This document shows positions 38,135 through 47,492 of a stretch of 64,000 nt of DNA, one piece after another. This DNA is from an uncultured Alphaproteobacteria bacterium (GTDB lineage Bacteria > Pseudomonadota > Alphaproteobacteria > RF32 > CAG-239). The stretch covers positions 5,019-69,018 of the forward strand of contig CALXRP010000008.1 in assembly GCA_944390885.1 (NCBI GenBank), given 5' to 3'. Made by a program: the position numbers and the translations under genes. Each line of letters starts with the position of its first letter. Position 1 is the first letter of the stretch. The notes beneath the pieces were generated by a model. That model did no database searches, had not been told where the DNA came from, and saw only the letters and a program-made list of their open reading frames with translations.

Positions 38135-40294
38135 ATGAATTTTAAAAAGTCCTTAAGTATTTTCTTTGCCGCAGGAATACTGGGATCTTGCGCTTGGGAA
38201 AGCCCCGAGCTGATTCCCTGCGCCTGCAACAATCTGGCAGAAAGCGACCTTGGTTGGTTTACCTGCCTTTGCGGGTCTGACGGCCAGGTAAAAGAAAAGA
38301 GAAAAGTTGCCAAAAAGCAGGAAGTCCGCAGACAGGAACCCCGCAAACAGGTTAAACAAGTCAAAAAGACGGTAGTTCGCAAACAAGAACAAGTTTATCG
38401 TCCCGAGAGAGTTGTTGTTGAACGCACCCGCCGGGTTGCTCCTGCACCGCTGCCGTATTGCGATGAAGAGCCCGTTGTTCGCAAAAAATATACCCAAAGG
38501 ACTTTTGTTGCCGCAGATGTTGAAGAACCCCAATTGACTCGGGATGATCTGGCCTCCTTAAAACTCGAGTATGTTGATTTTCGTCTTGAAAACGGCGGCA
38601 GACAATATGATACCAAATTGGGCGATTATCGTTTCCGCATTTTCGGCTGCCGCAGAGAAAGCCGGAACGTGTTCCTGAATCAGGGGCGCGCCATGGAAAA
38701 AGATATGCGCTTCTTTGATATCTTTTTTGAAAATATGAATGAACTGTATCCGGTTGTTGTCGATCGTAACAGCCCGTTGTACGAGGTTTCTGACCGTATC
38801 CGCGTGCCGGAATATCTGTTGACGGCCGAAATTGTCGACTATCATATGAATATTTGTGATGAATTTGACTGGAACAATACTCAAAAGAAAAATACCCGCA
38901 CCGGAAGTTCGGAAATCACTATCGTATGGCGGTTAATGGATTTGTGCAAAACCCATGTATATTGGAAAGGAATGACCAACGGTTATGCCGAGGTAATGAG
39001 CGGTGAGCCGAATGGTGAAACCCTGTTGGTAGAGCGCGCATTCAGCGATGCCTTAAAACAGCTGCCGTATGTTTCCGGATTTGAGGAACAGATGACCAAA
39101 CGCGTCAGCCCCGAAGACCTGATGGCTCAACAGCGCTGCTGGGATACTTTGGAACAACGTGCCGAAACTTTCCAATGCGAATACAAAAAAGAAATCAGCC
39201 GTGCTGCAGACGAGCCGGTATATTATGAAAGCCCCTGCATTGAAGAAAGAAGCAGCTCCCGTTCAACAAATTATGTAATTGAGGATATCATTGAAGAAGA
39301 CGGCGGTGCTTTTGCCGAAGGGCGTTCTTTCCGTGAAGAAATCAAAGAGCGCGGCGGATCAGATTCTGACGGCAGCGTTTTCCGCAGCCAGATTATTGAA
39401 GACGGCGGTTCGTTTTCTTCCGGTGAAAGTTTCAAACCGGTCAAACCGAGAGAAAACCATGCTTTTGTTGAAGATTACTGGGTAGACGTTCCTCTTGACA
39501 AAGAAGTCAGTCAGGAAGTCATTGAAAATCGTGAGATTGTCGAAGATGCATTGATGAAAGATAAAAACAGCCTCTGCATTATGGCTCAGCGTCCATATAA
39601 TAAATTGACGCCGGAAACACTGTATCGCGTCCGTGCTTCAATTGTTGAGGTTAGCAATCCTTCCGGCAAAAAAGGTTCCGGACTTCTGATCTCCGACCAG
39701 TTCATCTTAACGTCGGCAGATCTGCTAAACAAAAATAACAACCGTTTTGACATCAAGACCATTAACGGCAAAGAAATGGCAGCATCTGCTTTTCGTGTAA
39801 ACCCAAACAAAAATGTAGCTTTGCTGTTGTTGGACAACAAAACGCAGTATAAACCGCTGCCGTTGACTTTGGATTTGCCGGAAGTTAACAAAGATGTATT
39901 AATGACCTTGGGCATGAAAGACCTGGCAGAAAGCGAAGGCTATCTGGATAGCAACGCCCGTGTTATCGGCTATCGTTACTCTCCGGAAAGAGGTGCCGAG
40001 ATTATGGTCAGCACCCGCGTTCAAAACCAAACCTTGGGCGGTGCTCTGCTGGATAAAAATGCCAACATCGTTGGTATGGCACATGCCGGCAAGAGAATGT
40101 CCGACGGACCGGATTTGTTTATCCCGATTGAAACGGCGATGAAGGCTTTGGATCTGACATTCTGTAACAAGCCGTTCACCAACGAAGCGCCTTGGGAAGA
40201 AGAAGTCAAACCGGCAACTCCGGTAGCAACAGCCATCGATACGGATAAGACGGATAAAGCCCCTGTCCCGATGGATGCCAAAGAGGCGAAGTAA
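38135..40294 (+). CDS. Large lipoprotein with a basic repeat region, an acidic repeat region, and a C-terminal trypsin-like (S1/DegP-like) domain whose catalytic triad appears substituted.
   Basis: A lipobox (ILGSC) is present. The basic region is K/R/Q-rich (KEKRKVAKKQEVRRQEPRKQVKQVKK…). The acidic region carries repeats of IIE(E)DGG.F..G.SF. The C-terminal region (…GSGLLISDQFILTSADLL…NVALLLLDN…QTLGGALLDKNANIVGMAHAG) aligns to the trypsin-fold motifs TAAHC, D and GDSGG. In this alignment His appears replaced by Asp and Ser by Leu. Confidence 0.5.
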   Translation: MNFKKSLSIFFAAGILGSCAWESPELIPCACNNLAESDLGWFTCLCGSDGQVKEKRKVAKKQEVRRQEPRKQVKQVKKTVVRKQEQVYRPERVVVERTRRVAPAPLPYCDEEPVVRKKYTQRTFVAADVEEPQLTRDDLASLKLEYVDFRLENGGRQYDTKLGDYRFRIFGCRRESRNVFLNQGRAMEKDMRFFDIFFENMNELYPVVVDRNSPLYEVSDRIRVPEYLLTAEIVDYHMNICDEFDWNNTQKKNTRTGSSEITIVWRLMDLCKTHVYWKGMTNGYAEVMSGEPNGETLLVERAFSDALKQLPYVSGFEEQMTKRVSPEDLMAQQRCWDTLEQRAETFQCEYKKEISRAADEPVYYESPCIEERSSSRSTNYVIEDIIEEDGGAFAEGRSFREEIKERGGSDSDGSVFRSQIIEDGGSFSSGESFKPVKPRENHAFVEDYWVDVPLDKEVSQEVIENREIVEDALMKDKNSLCIMAQRPYNKLTPETLYRVRASIVEVSNPSGKKGSGLLISDQFILTSADLLNKNNNRFDIKTINGKEMAASAFRVNPNKNVALLLLDNKTQYKPLPLTLDLPEVNKDVLMTLGMKDLAESEGYLDSNARVIGYRYSPERGAEIMVSTRVQNQTLGGALLDKNANIVGMAHAGKRMSDGPDLFIPIETAMKALDLTFCNKPFTNEAPWEEEVKPATPVATAIDTDKTDKAPVPMDAKEAK

Positions 40295-40299
40295 TTATA

Positions 40300-40340
40300 A
40301 AATAAAAACCCCGGAAGCGTAAAACTTCCGGGTTTTTCTT
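40300..40340. terminator. Bidirectional rho-independent terminator between convergent genes.
   Basis: The hairpin aaaccccggaagcgtaaaacttccgggttttt lies between the two convergent ORFs. Confidence 0.65.
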
Positions 40341-40344
40341 TTCC

Positions 40345-41613
40345 TTATTTGCACAGGTCTGCAGCAACAGCTTCGGCTTCAGCTTTTCCTGAATCACAAG
40401 AGTCATTCTTATAATTGGCCCAACATTCTTCCGGAGTGGAATAGCCGTTAACTCGGGTATGATAATATTTAACAAATTGTCCATTTTTATAAAGACTATG
40501 AGAACAAGTTGCAGCCACTGTCTGTGGAAATTTTAGATACCAGTGATAAGTTTCGTTCCTGTTATCTTGACAATTGGAGGCATAGCTTTGATGTGTTACA
40601 GAGTAGGTACATGGAGGTTCAGCCGGCTTAGATTTACAAGAAGTACATTTACCACAGGAGTTGGTAGAAGCACAACCATAATCGCAGGATTTTGAAGACA
40701 CAGAACAATCGGAATTATACTCGCAAGAATAGCAAGCCGTCCCGCATTCGGTTGTCGATACGCGGGTTTTTACATAATTGGAAGAGCAAGATACGGATTT
40801 CTGACCTGAGCGGCAGGTATCGGAACAAGCATAGCAGCTTCCGCACTCTGAAGATCCAACATAAGATCCGGTATAAGACCGGCTGCCGGAAGTACAGTCT
40901 TTACATCTGTTACATCTGGTACCGCATTCGGTAGTAGAAGCATAAGATCCGTGATAGTTTTTAGAAGTACCGGACGGACAGGTGTCATCACAGCAGCGGT
41001 AACAAGTATATCCGCAGGTATCTACACCGGACGAACCGCGGGACGGATCACAGGTGACTTTGTAACTGGACGGACAACCTGTCGACGGCGAAGCAGTACA
41101 ACATTTACCATAAGAATTATCCCACGGACAACGGTTTGTCGATTTATACAACCGTCCCGGAGAACAGGAGTTGACATATCCTTGTTCGCGGCAGGCTCTC
41201 GGCCGGTCTTCTTTACAACCCTTGTAATAAGGTTTGCCGTTCGGACATTGGTCGTTAACAAAGGACGGCAGAGAACAGGTCTGCGTATTATAGCCGTTAT
41301 TCTTACACCAGGTAACGGCATCACATTTCAGGTAATGATCATCACGGGAACAAGTACCGACTTTAGCCTGATATTGCGGACATTCGCCGGAAGAATAATA
41401 GGTATAGCCTTTCTCCTCGCAATACTCGGTATCGGAGTTGATGTTCATATTAATATCGCCCTGAACAATCTCATCATCCTGACAGTCCGGCAGAAAACAA
41501 ATGCCAGCTGAAGCATTGGAAGGCGGGAGAAAGACCGCAAAAGCAGCGGCAACAGCAAGAACCGACACCGCAGAGTTAAGTTTCATGTGTAGCATAGTGT
41601 TATAATTTTTCAT
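40345..41613 (-). CDS. Secreted cysteine-rich modular protein, paralog B (≈415-422 aa).
   Basis: The signal peptide and first ~200 aa match paralog A at >90% DNA identity. The same Cys-rich modules are present, with a divergent central and C-terminal part. Confidence 0.7.
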   Translation of the reverse strand: MKNYNTMLHMKLNSAVSVLAVAAAFAVFLPPSNASAGICFLPDCQDDEIVQGDINMNINSDTEYCEEKGYTYYSSGECPQYQAKVGTCSRDDHYLKCDAVTWCKNNGYNTQTCSLPSFVNDQCPNGKPYYKGCKEDRPRACREQGYVNSCSPGRLYKSTNRCPWDNSYGKCCTASPSTGCPSSYKVTCDPSRGSSGVDTCGYTCYRCCDDTCPSGTSKNYHGSYASTTECGTRCNRCKDCTSGSRSYTGSYVGSSECGSCYACSDTCRSGQKSVSCSSNYVKTRVSTTECGTACYSCEYNSDCSVSSKSCDYGCASTNSCGKCTSCKSKPAEPPCTYSVTHQSYASNCQDNRNETYHWYLKFPQTVAATCSHSLYKNGQFVKYYHTRVNGYSTPEECWANYKNDSCDSGKAEAEAVAADLCK

Positions 41614-41639
41614 CGGCTTCCTCCCTTATAAAAATTCTT

Positions 41640-41900
41640 TTCTTCTTTTGTCGTCCTTTTTTTTCTTTGTCATTGCCGGGCGCTTTATTTTTTTAGTCAT
41701 TGCCGGGCTCTTTTTTTCTTTCGTCATCCCCGGGCTTCGACCCGGGGATCCATATTTCAAAGCACCTTGTCATTCACAAACCCCGTCATAGCATCGCGAT
41801 CTCTTAGGCACAGTGCCAACAACCGATCGCTCAGGCCGGTGCCTGTGGATTCTCGGGTCAAGCCCGAGAATGACAAATTGAGTAACAAACCTCATAAGAA
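41640..41900. repeat. Mosaic palindromic repeat array 2. It lies upstream of paralog B and is partly homologous to array 1 in inverted orientation.
   Basis: The array contains gtcattgccgggc+T-tract units (x2) and gtcatccccgggcttcgacccggggatcc (41726-41756). It also contains ggattctcgggtcaagcccgagaatgac (41846-41874) and a spacer ctcaggccggtgcctgtgg that is shared with array 3. Confidence 0.8.
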
Positions 41901-42038
41901 CGACAATAAAGATACTATAACACAAGAAAACACAAAAGTCAATATATTATGAAAAATAGGACGGGGATTTTGGCTAAAGAAAACAAAAAATACCGGCAAA
42001 TAAAAGTTGCCGGTATTCGTTAAAGTAAAAAAGAATTT

Positions 42039-42524
42039 TTATTTAAAATTTTTCATAATATTACGTTTATCACGAGCCCAGTCACGGTCTTTTGCGGTTT
42101 CTCGTTTATCATAAAGTTTTTTGCCGACGCCAAGCCCAATTTCCAATTTTGCACGTCCTTTTTCATTAAAAAACAGGCGGATGGCCACCAAAGTCGAACC
42201 CTTACGAGCAAGTTCGTTGGTAATTGTGATAATTTCTTTTTTGGTTAGCAGCAGTTTACGGTCGCGTTTTTCGGCATGGCTGGAATAACCCTTGCTTTCA
42301 TATTCGGCAATATACATGTTTGACATAAAGATTTCGCCGTTACGTTCAATGCCGTAAGCATCATTAATATTGGCATGTCCGAGCCGCAAAGATTTAACTT
42401 CCGTTCCGGTCAGCTCAAGTCCGGCAACAAATTTTTCATTAATTTGATAATCAAAATTCGCCCGGCGGTTTTGTGCAACCAACCCGGTTGAAATAAAATC
42501 TTTGCGTTTGACGTTTTTAGCCAT
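42039..42524 (-). CDS. smpB: SsrA-binding protein SmpB.
   Basis: The sequence …RANFDYQINEKFVAGLELTGTEVKSLR…LLLTKKEI… has the typical SmpB fold and C-terminal tail. Confidence 0.85.
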   Translation of the reverse strand: MAKNVKRKDFISTGLVAQNRRANFDYQINEKFVAGLELTGTEVKSLRLGHANINDAYGIERNGEIFMSNMYIAEYESKGYSSHAEKRDRKLLLTKKEIITITNELARKGSTLVAIRLFFNEKGRAKLEIGLGVGKKLYDKRETAKDRDWARDKRNIMKNFK

Positions 42525-42532
42525 TGTTTAAG

Positions 42533-42718
42533 TTACTCGGTTTTATTTTCAAAAGCGTTTTCCAGCTCTTCAATCTCCTGCTCGTCCAGCTCCACCGCCG
42601 GCACGGTATAATCTTCGGCAAACCAACGGCCGAGGTCTATATCGGCGCAGCGTTTGGAGCAAAAAGGACGATACTTTGTATCTGTTAATTCCTTATGGCA
42701 AATCGGACATTTGCTCAT
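42533..42718 (-). CDS. yacG: DNA gyrase inhibitor YacG (zinc-ribbon).
   Basis: A 61 aa protein with the motif CPICHKEL…YRPFCSKRCADIDLGRWFAE. Confidence 0.75.
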   Translation of the reverse strand: MSKCPICHKELTDTKYRPFCSKRCADIDLGRWFAEDYTVPAVELDEQEIEELENAFENKTE

Positions 42719-43881
42719 TTATTGACCCTTCCCGTTCCCTGACAGTGTTCACATTCTTCGGTCAGAATATCGCTCAGGCTCGGCCGGCGGCGAACACGGA
42801 CAATTTCCACGTTTCCGGCGCGGCTCAATCCGAGAACGGAAGATTTGGTCGGATCTTTGCGCAGTTCCTGTTCCAAAATTTCGAGCACCGGTTTCATAAA
42901 GCGGTAGTCAGAAGAGCCGGCAAAATCAATGATAATTTTTCCGGAAAGGTTGCGCAAACGGATTTGTCTGGCAATTTCCACAGCCGCTTCGCTGTTCAGG
43001 CGGGAAATGTTTCCGTTGCCGCGATCATCACCGCTGTCTACGTCAATCGCCGTGCAGGCGCGTGTTTCTTCAATAACAACACGACCGCCGTCCGGAAGAT
43101 AAATCACCTTGTTGAGCGCCTCATAAATCTCATCTTCCAAACCGGTTTCTTCAAACGGCTCGGACTGATACTCGATTTCATAAGCATCGCCGTATTTTTC
43201 CTTCAATTCTTCTTCAAGATTATGATTGTCCACAATAATCCTTTTTAAGGTTTTGGCATGGCGGCTGATAGCGTCATACAACGGCGAACCTTTGGCATAA
43301 AGCAGAGCCGGGGCACTGACGGCGCGGGCTTTTTTCATAATCCCTTCAAATGTGCTGCGCAAGGCTGCCATTTCTTCGGCAATGGTTTCAAAAGGCACAT
43401 CAACGGAAGACGTCCGAAGAATCCAGCCTTCCTGCCCGGTTGTATTTTCAATAACCTTACGACGATATTCTTCAAGTTTTTCTTTGTCTTCAATGCGGGA
43501 AGACGCACCGACATCCATACGGTACGGACAGTATACGATATTTTCGCCCACCAGCTGAATAGACCGGACAAGTTTGGCGCCTTTTTCGGCACGGCGTTCT
43601 TGGCTGACCTGCACCATCAGGCTTTGCCCTTCCTGAATATTGCTTTCCGACATACCGTGTTCTTCGGCCATCAGAAAAGCATCTTTTCCGTCTTTAATAT
43701 CTACAAAAAAACCGGTCTTTTCATGAGCCAGTTCCAGTTTATGGGTAATTTTGCCGAGATAAATACTGCCTTCCGAAGCTTTTGCCTCATCAACATACTC
43801 GACTTCTTCCAAAATGCCCTCATTCAGCATTGCCAGCCGGATCAGGCTGTTCTTTTTTTCATAAACTAATGTATCTGTCAT
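42715..43881 (-). CDS. rng: Ribonuclease G (RNase E/G family, short form).
   Basis: An S1 domain is followed by the RNase E/G catalytic core (…TAIDVDSG…) and a C-terminal zinc-link-like CxxC. The protein is 388 aa. The gene is adjacent to maf, as in the mre-maf-rng arrangement. Confidence 0.75.
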   Translation of the reverse strand: MTDTLVYEKKNSLIRLAMLNEGILEEVEYVDEAKASEGSIYLGKITHKLELAHEKTGFFVDIKDGKDAFLMAEEHGMSESNIQEGQSLMVQVSQERRAEKGAKLVRSIQLVGENIVYCPYRMDVGASSRIEDKEKLEEYRRKVIENTTGQEGWILRTSSVDVPFETIAEEMAALRSTFEGIMKKARAVSAPALLYAKGSPLYDAISRHAKTLKRIIVDNHNLEEELKEKYGDAYEIEYQSEPFEETGLEDEIYEALNKVIYLPDGGRVVIEETRACTAIDVDSGDDRGNGNISRLNSEAAVEIARQIRLRNLSGKIIIDFAGSSDYRFMKPVLEILEQELRKDPTKSSVLGLSRAGNVEIVRVRRRPSLSDILTEECEHCQGTGRVNK

Positions 43882-44447
43882 TTTACGCCTGCACTGTTTA
43901 ACATATTTTTAGTTTCAAATAAAGGTAATCCGATAACGCCGGAATAGGAACCGATAATTTTTTTGACATAAGCGCCGAGAACACCCTCAATCCGATATCC
44001 GGCACAACCGTCCCATTCACGTCCGGCCACATAACTCTTCAGCTCTTCTTCCGAAAGCCGTTTCATCACAATTCTGGTATCCACGCAGCGAACACTGGCT
44101 TTGCCTGTTCTGTCAATAACGCAAACACCGCTTAAGACATGGTGCGCTTTTCCCGAAAGCATGCGCATGACTTTTTCTTGCTCTGCTTCCGAATGCGCTT
44201 TTTGAATGATTTTTGCGCCGCAGACAATAATCGTATCAGAAGCCAACACCACTTCGCCGGGATGTTTTTCCGCCACATGCCGGGCTTTTTCCAGAGCCAT
44301 GCGTTTTACATAAGCCGAAGGCTTCTCAAAACGTTGCGGTGTTTCGTCAATATCCGCGGCTTCGGTCAGCTTGGGAGAAAACTCAATCTGTTCCAAAAGA
44401 GCACGGCGCTGTTTGGAAGATGAAGCGAGGATAAAGTCTTTGGCCAT
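43878..44447 (-). CDS. maf: Maf-like nucleoside triphosphate pyrophosphatase (septum formation protein Maf).
   Basis: The sequence ILASSSKQRRALLEQI…VLASDTIIVCGAKI… is a Maf family signature. Confidence 0.8.
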   Translation of the reverse strand: MAKDFILASSSKQRRALLEQIEFSPKLTEAADIDETPQRFEKPSAYVKRMALEKARHVAEKHPGEVVLASDTIIVCGAKIIQKAHSEAEQEKVMRMLSGKAHHVLSGVCVIDRTGKASVRCVDTRIVMKRLSEEELKSYVAGREWDGCAGYRIEGVLGAYVKKIIGSYSGVIGLPLFETKNMLNSAGVK

Positions 44448-44455
44448 TTTTCTGC

Positions 44456-44902
44456 CTATGCCTTTACGACGGCGATGGAATCATCGTCATAAGTTTTTTC
44501 CATACGCTCATGACGCTCCTGAGCTTCAATGGAAAGCGTTGCAATCGGGCGGGCTTCCAAGCGGGCAAGTCCGATGGGCTCTCCGGTATCTTCGCAGTAG
44601 CCGTATTCTCCGTCTTCAATCCGTTGCAAAGCCTCGTCTATTTTGGAAATCAGCTTGCGAGCGCGGTCACGCGTGCGGAGTTCAAGAGCTTTGTCTGTTT
44701 CAAGAGAAGCGCGATCATTCTGATCCGGCTGGTTTAACCCTCCCTGAATAACCATTTCATCCAGTGTATCTTTGGACTGAGCCAGCAGAGATTTTTTCCA
44801 GTTAATCAGTTTCTGGCGGAAATATTCCAACTGAAGCTCGTTCATATATTCTTCAGATTCAGAAGGCTTATAATCCGGCGGAAGAATTACAGCAGTTTCC
44901 AT
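44456..44902 (-). CDS. dksA: RNA polymerase-binding transcription factor DksA. This variant lacks three of the four zinc-finger cysteines.
   Basis: The protein has a coiled-coil followed by …IEDGEYGYCEDTGEPIGLARLEARPIATLSIEAQ…. Canonical DksA reads …YGYCESCGVEIG.RRLEARPTADLCIDC…. The start is an ATG with GGAGA upstream. Confidence 0.7.
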   Translation of the reverse strand: METAVILPPDYKPSESEEYMNELQLEYFRQKLINWKKSLLAQSKDTLDEMVIQGGLNQPDQNDRASLETDKALELRTRDRARKLISKIDEALQRIEDGEYGYCEDTGEPIGLARLEARPIATLSIEAQERHERMEKTYDDDSIAVVKA

Positions 44903-45004
44903 CTTTGTTTCTCCTAAATAAATTAAAAAAACATATAGCAAGCAAGTTACAAATTTCAATTATGAACTTCAAGCAAAAAAATGCTTTATCACAACAATTT
45001 TAAC

Positions 45005-45424
45005 TCACCGCATCAATTTTGCCAGTTCCACCTCAACTCGCAGCTCAATCTCGCTCAAAATTTCCTGCAAAGCGGCATCTTGAGAAGCCGGCCGGTTTTC
45101 TTTGACCATGCGCGAGATTTCGATCAGTCTGTCTTTGGAAATATGCCCGTCCAACAGTCCGTCGCGGATTTCTTCAAGCTTTTCCAAAAGGGTTGAAGCC
45201 CGGCGGCAAAGTTTTTTGCGGATTTGTTTTTCTTCTTCGCCGTCTGCGGCCTGTGCGGCAAAAATAGCATCTGTCACGGAAATTGCGTTGCTTCCGGTAA
45301 TCCCCGGAGCCGAAGTTTTCAGGTTGTCTTTCAAATAGGCGGAAAAACTATCCCCTCCGCCGGCTTTCCTTGTTTTGGCGGTGCTGACCTCTTTTGTTTT
45401 GTTAATGTTGTTTACGTTTATCAA
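45005..45424 (-). CDS. Hypothetical protein (139 aa). It may be a small flagellar or secretion regulatory protein, but this is unassigned.
   Basis: No secure domain was found. The C-terminus is a helix-rich region. Confidence 0.3.
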   Translation of the reverse strand: MINVNNINKTKEVSTAKTRKAGGGDSFSAYLKDNLKTSAPGITGSNAISVTDAIFAAQAADGEEEKQIRKKLCRRASTLLEKLEEIRDGLLDGHISKDRLIEISRMVKENRPASQDAALQEILSEIELRVEVELAKLMR

Positions 45425-45442
45425 AAAAACAGCTCCTTAAAA

Positions 45443-46033
45443 CTATTGAAATTCCCAGATGATAAGGTTTTTCTCATCTTTATCGTTGCAGGCTTTCTGA
45501 GCCATCGGAATTGTCATCGGCAGAGAGTTCTGCCCGGGTTTAACACTGTTTCCGATGGTGTTGACCGGCCAGGTATAAGGTTTATTTTTATCATTAATAA
45601 TAACCTTTACCAGGGTAGATGTGTCATCCACGCGCCAGTTGATGGTTGCAGCTTCTACGCAAACGGTATTGGGCAGATTTGTAAACTGCATTTCAAAAGA
45701 TTTGTTTTTGCCGTAAGTGTCTGCCGGAGACAAATAAACCTGTCCGCCGAAAGAATTGATAAGGACGTTTCCGGCAACCATTGTCGACGGGGCGATTTTC
45801 TCGTCAATAAGCAACTTTGCGGAAAGATCGGAATAGTCGCCGATCGCGGAAAAACGATCATTAACCGTCTTGCGCAAATCTCTGATCTGGTTTAAAACTT
45901 CATTGTATTTATATTTTCCGAATATATTGGAAACAGTTTTGGTCATGCCGGTAATAACCATAATCAAAATTGATATGGTGGCAACTACCTCTATCATCGT
46001 ATAACCCAGCTGGTCAGATTTTCGCATGATCAA
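45443..46033 (-). CDS. Type IV pilin-like protein (prepilin-type N-terminal cleavage/methylation domain).
   Basis: The N-terminus …RKSDQLGYTMIEVVATISILIMVI has the G|(F/Y)T(L/M)IE motif with the hydrophobic helix. A C-terminal Cys pair (C…C) is typical of the pilin disulfide loop. Confidence 0.6.
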   Translation of the reverse strand: MIMRKSDQLGYTMIEVVATISILIMVITGMTKTVSNIFGKYKYNEVLNQIRDLRKTVNDRFSAIGDYSDLSAKLLIDEKIAPSTMVAGNVLINSFGGQVYLSPADTYGKNKSFEMQFTNLPNTVCVEAATINWRVDDTSTLVKVIINDKNKPYTWPVNTIGNSVKPGQNSLPMTIPMAQKACNDKDEKNLIIWEFQ

Positions 46034-46180
46034 ATGTCCTTAACATCTTAAATTAAGCAATTTTAACATTATTTTATATCTGAAACAACATTTTTATGGC
46101 TGAATGTAGAAAAAGTGCTTTATTTTTATAAAACTTTTGATATATTAACGAAGTGTTAACTTTTTTACGAGGGATTAAAA

Positions 46181-46744
46181 ATGAAAAATACTGTTGCGGC
46201 TTTGATGGCTGCGGTTTCTCTGACTGCATTTGCATCTCAGGCTCAGGCTGAACAGGTTTACAATCCGTACATTGGTATCAACTATAACTATTCTGATGCC
46301 AATGCCAAAGGGTTGCGGCCTTATTACAATTCCGGTTCCGTTAATCTGGGTACCAGTTACAACCGTTATTTCGGTACGGAGCTTTTCTATCAGTTTTCTG
46401 ACCAGTACGGCAAATCCGGCGCGTCTGAAAAATTCTCCAACGGCTTTCAGGCTTATGGTCTGGATTTGATGGGTTATCTGCCGCTGGGCTGTTATGACGT
46501 TTGGTCTTTGATCGGAACTGTCGGTATTGGTGAATACAAATTCAGAAACAAATATATTGCTGCCGGCGAAGGCAAGCATAAATATCGTGACAGCGGCTAC
46601 GGCTATCGTGCCGGTCTCGGTATTCAATACAACATCGACTCCAACTGGAGCATCCGCACTTTGGCCCGCTATGTCGGTTTTGACAAAGTTGACGGTTATG
46701 ACCATATGATGGAATATTCCGCAGGTATCAAATATAATTTCTAA
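46181..46744 (+). CDS. Small outer-membrane beta-barrel protein (OmpA-like/Omp25-family).
   Basis: A signal peptide is present (AFASQAQA). The protein has alternating amphipathic beta-strands rich in Y/G and a C-terminal aromatic residue (…AGIKYNF). Confidence 0.6.
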   Translation: MKNTVAALMAAVSLTAFASQAQAEQVYNPYIGINYNYSDANAKGLRPYYNSGSVNLGTSYNRYFGTELFYQFSDQYGKSGASEKFSNGFQAYGLDLMGYLPLGCYDVWSLIGTVGIGEYKFRNKYIAAGEGKHKYRDSGYGYRAGLGIQYNIDSNWSIRTLARYVGFDKVDGYDHMMEYSAGIKYNF

Positions 46745-46858
46745 GTCCGGCGGATTACAAAAAAAGGAAAAATTCTGCGGATTTTTCCTTTTTTTGTTTT
46801 AAGTCTGTGAGAAAAGACTTATATTGATAGCGGCTCAAATGTCAGAAAAGGAAGAAAG

Positions 46859-47404
46859 ATGAAAAAATTTTTGGTCTTGTTTGTCTGTGCGGCGCTGTTG
46901 GGCGCTTGCTCCGAAAAAAAAGAAAATCAGGTTTCTGAAACAGAAGAAGCAAAAGTAAATGTTCCGCAGTTTGATTATGAAAATGTCGTTTTTTCTTATG
47001 ACAAAGATATGCTGCCGGAAAAATGCGACAAGGACAGTGGAATTTTTTGTGCGGTTGAAAACACGGTCAAATGTGCGATCAATCCGCAAATGGCTGATTG
47101 CGACGCAGCCAAAATGCCAAAATTTGTCTTTATGGAAGACGAAAACATCATCCGCCCGACTCATTTTGACTTCAAAATCACCAAGATAAAACCGATTGAT
47201 GCCGATTCGGCAGAAATTTATACAATCAGCAACTGTAACGGTGCCTGGTTCGGTTTGTGCCGGGGAGACATAATTTTTGTCGTCCGGCTGAAAAACGGCG
47301 AATGGGGCGTAAAAGATCTGTATTCGATTGAGAAAGAAAATATCCCGGATCTCCCCGTTCCGGAAACGGCGGAAAGTTCTGAAGAACAGTCTGCCACCGA
47401 ATAG
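46859..47404 (+). CDS. Lipoprotein of unknown function.
   Basis: A lipobox (LLGAC) is present. A hairpin terminator lies downstream. Confidence 0.45.
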   Translation: MKKFLVLFVCAALLGACSEKKENQVSETEEAKVNVPQFDYENVVFSYDKDMLPEKCDKDSGIFCAVENTVKCAINPQMADCDAAKMPKFVFMEDENIIRPTHFDFKITKIKPIDADSAEIYTISNCNGAWFGLCRGDIIFVVRLKNGEWGVKDLYSIEKENIPDLPVPETAESSEEQSATE

Positions 47405-47413
47405 AAAGAACAA

Positions 47414-47476
47414 AAAACACCTGCAAAATGAACTGTCTCCCGAAAGTTGGACAATTCAAAACGGCAGGTGTTTTTT
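47414..47476. terminator. Bidirectional terminator hairpin.
   Basis: aaaacacctgc … gcaggtgtttttttt. Confidence 0.6.
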
Positions 47477-47492
47477 TTGTTAATTATCGGAA

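Noticed and set aside
45224-45895. A 223 aa plus-strand ORF overlapping the pilin-like gene and the 139 aa gene.
   Set aside because: It is antisense to two ORFs that have recognisable features (prepilin leader). Its protein is Cys/Phe-rich and low-complexity with no domain.
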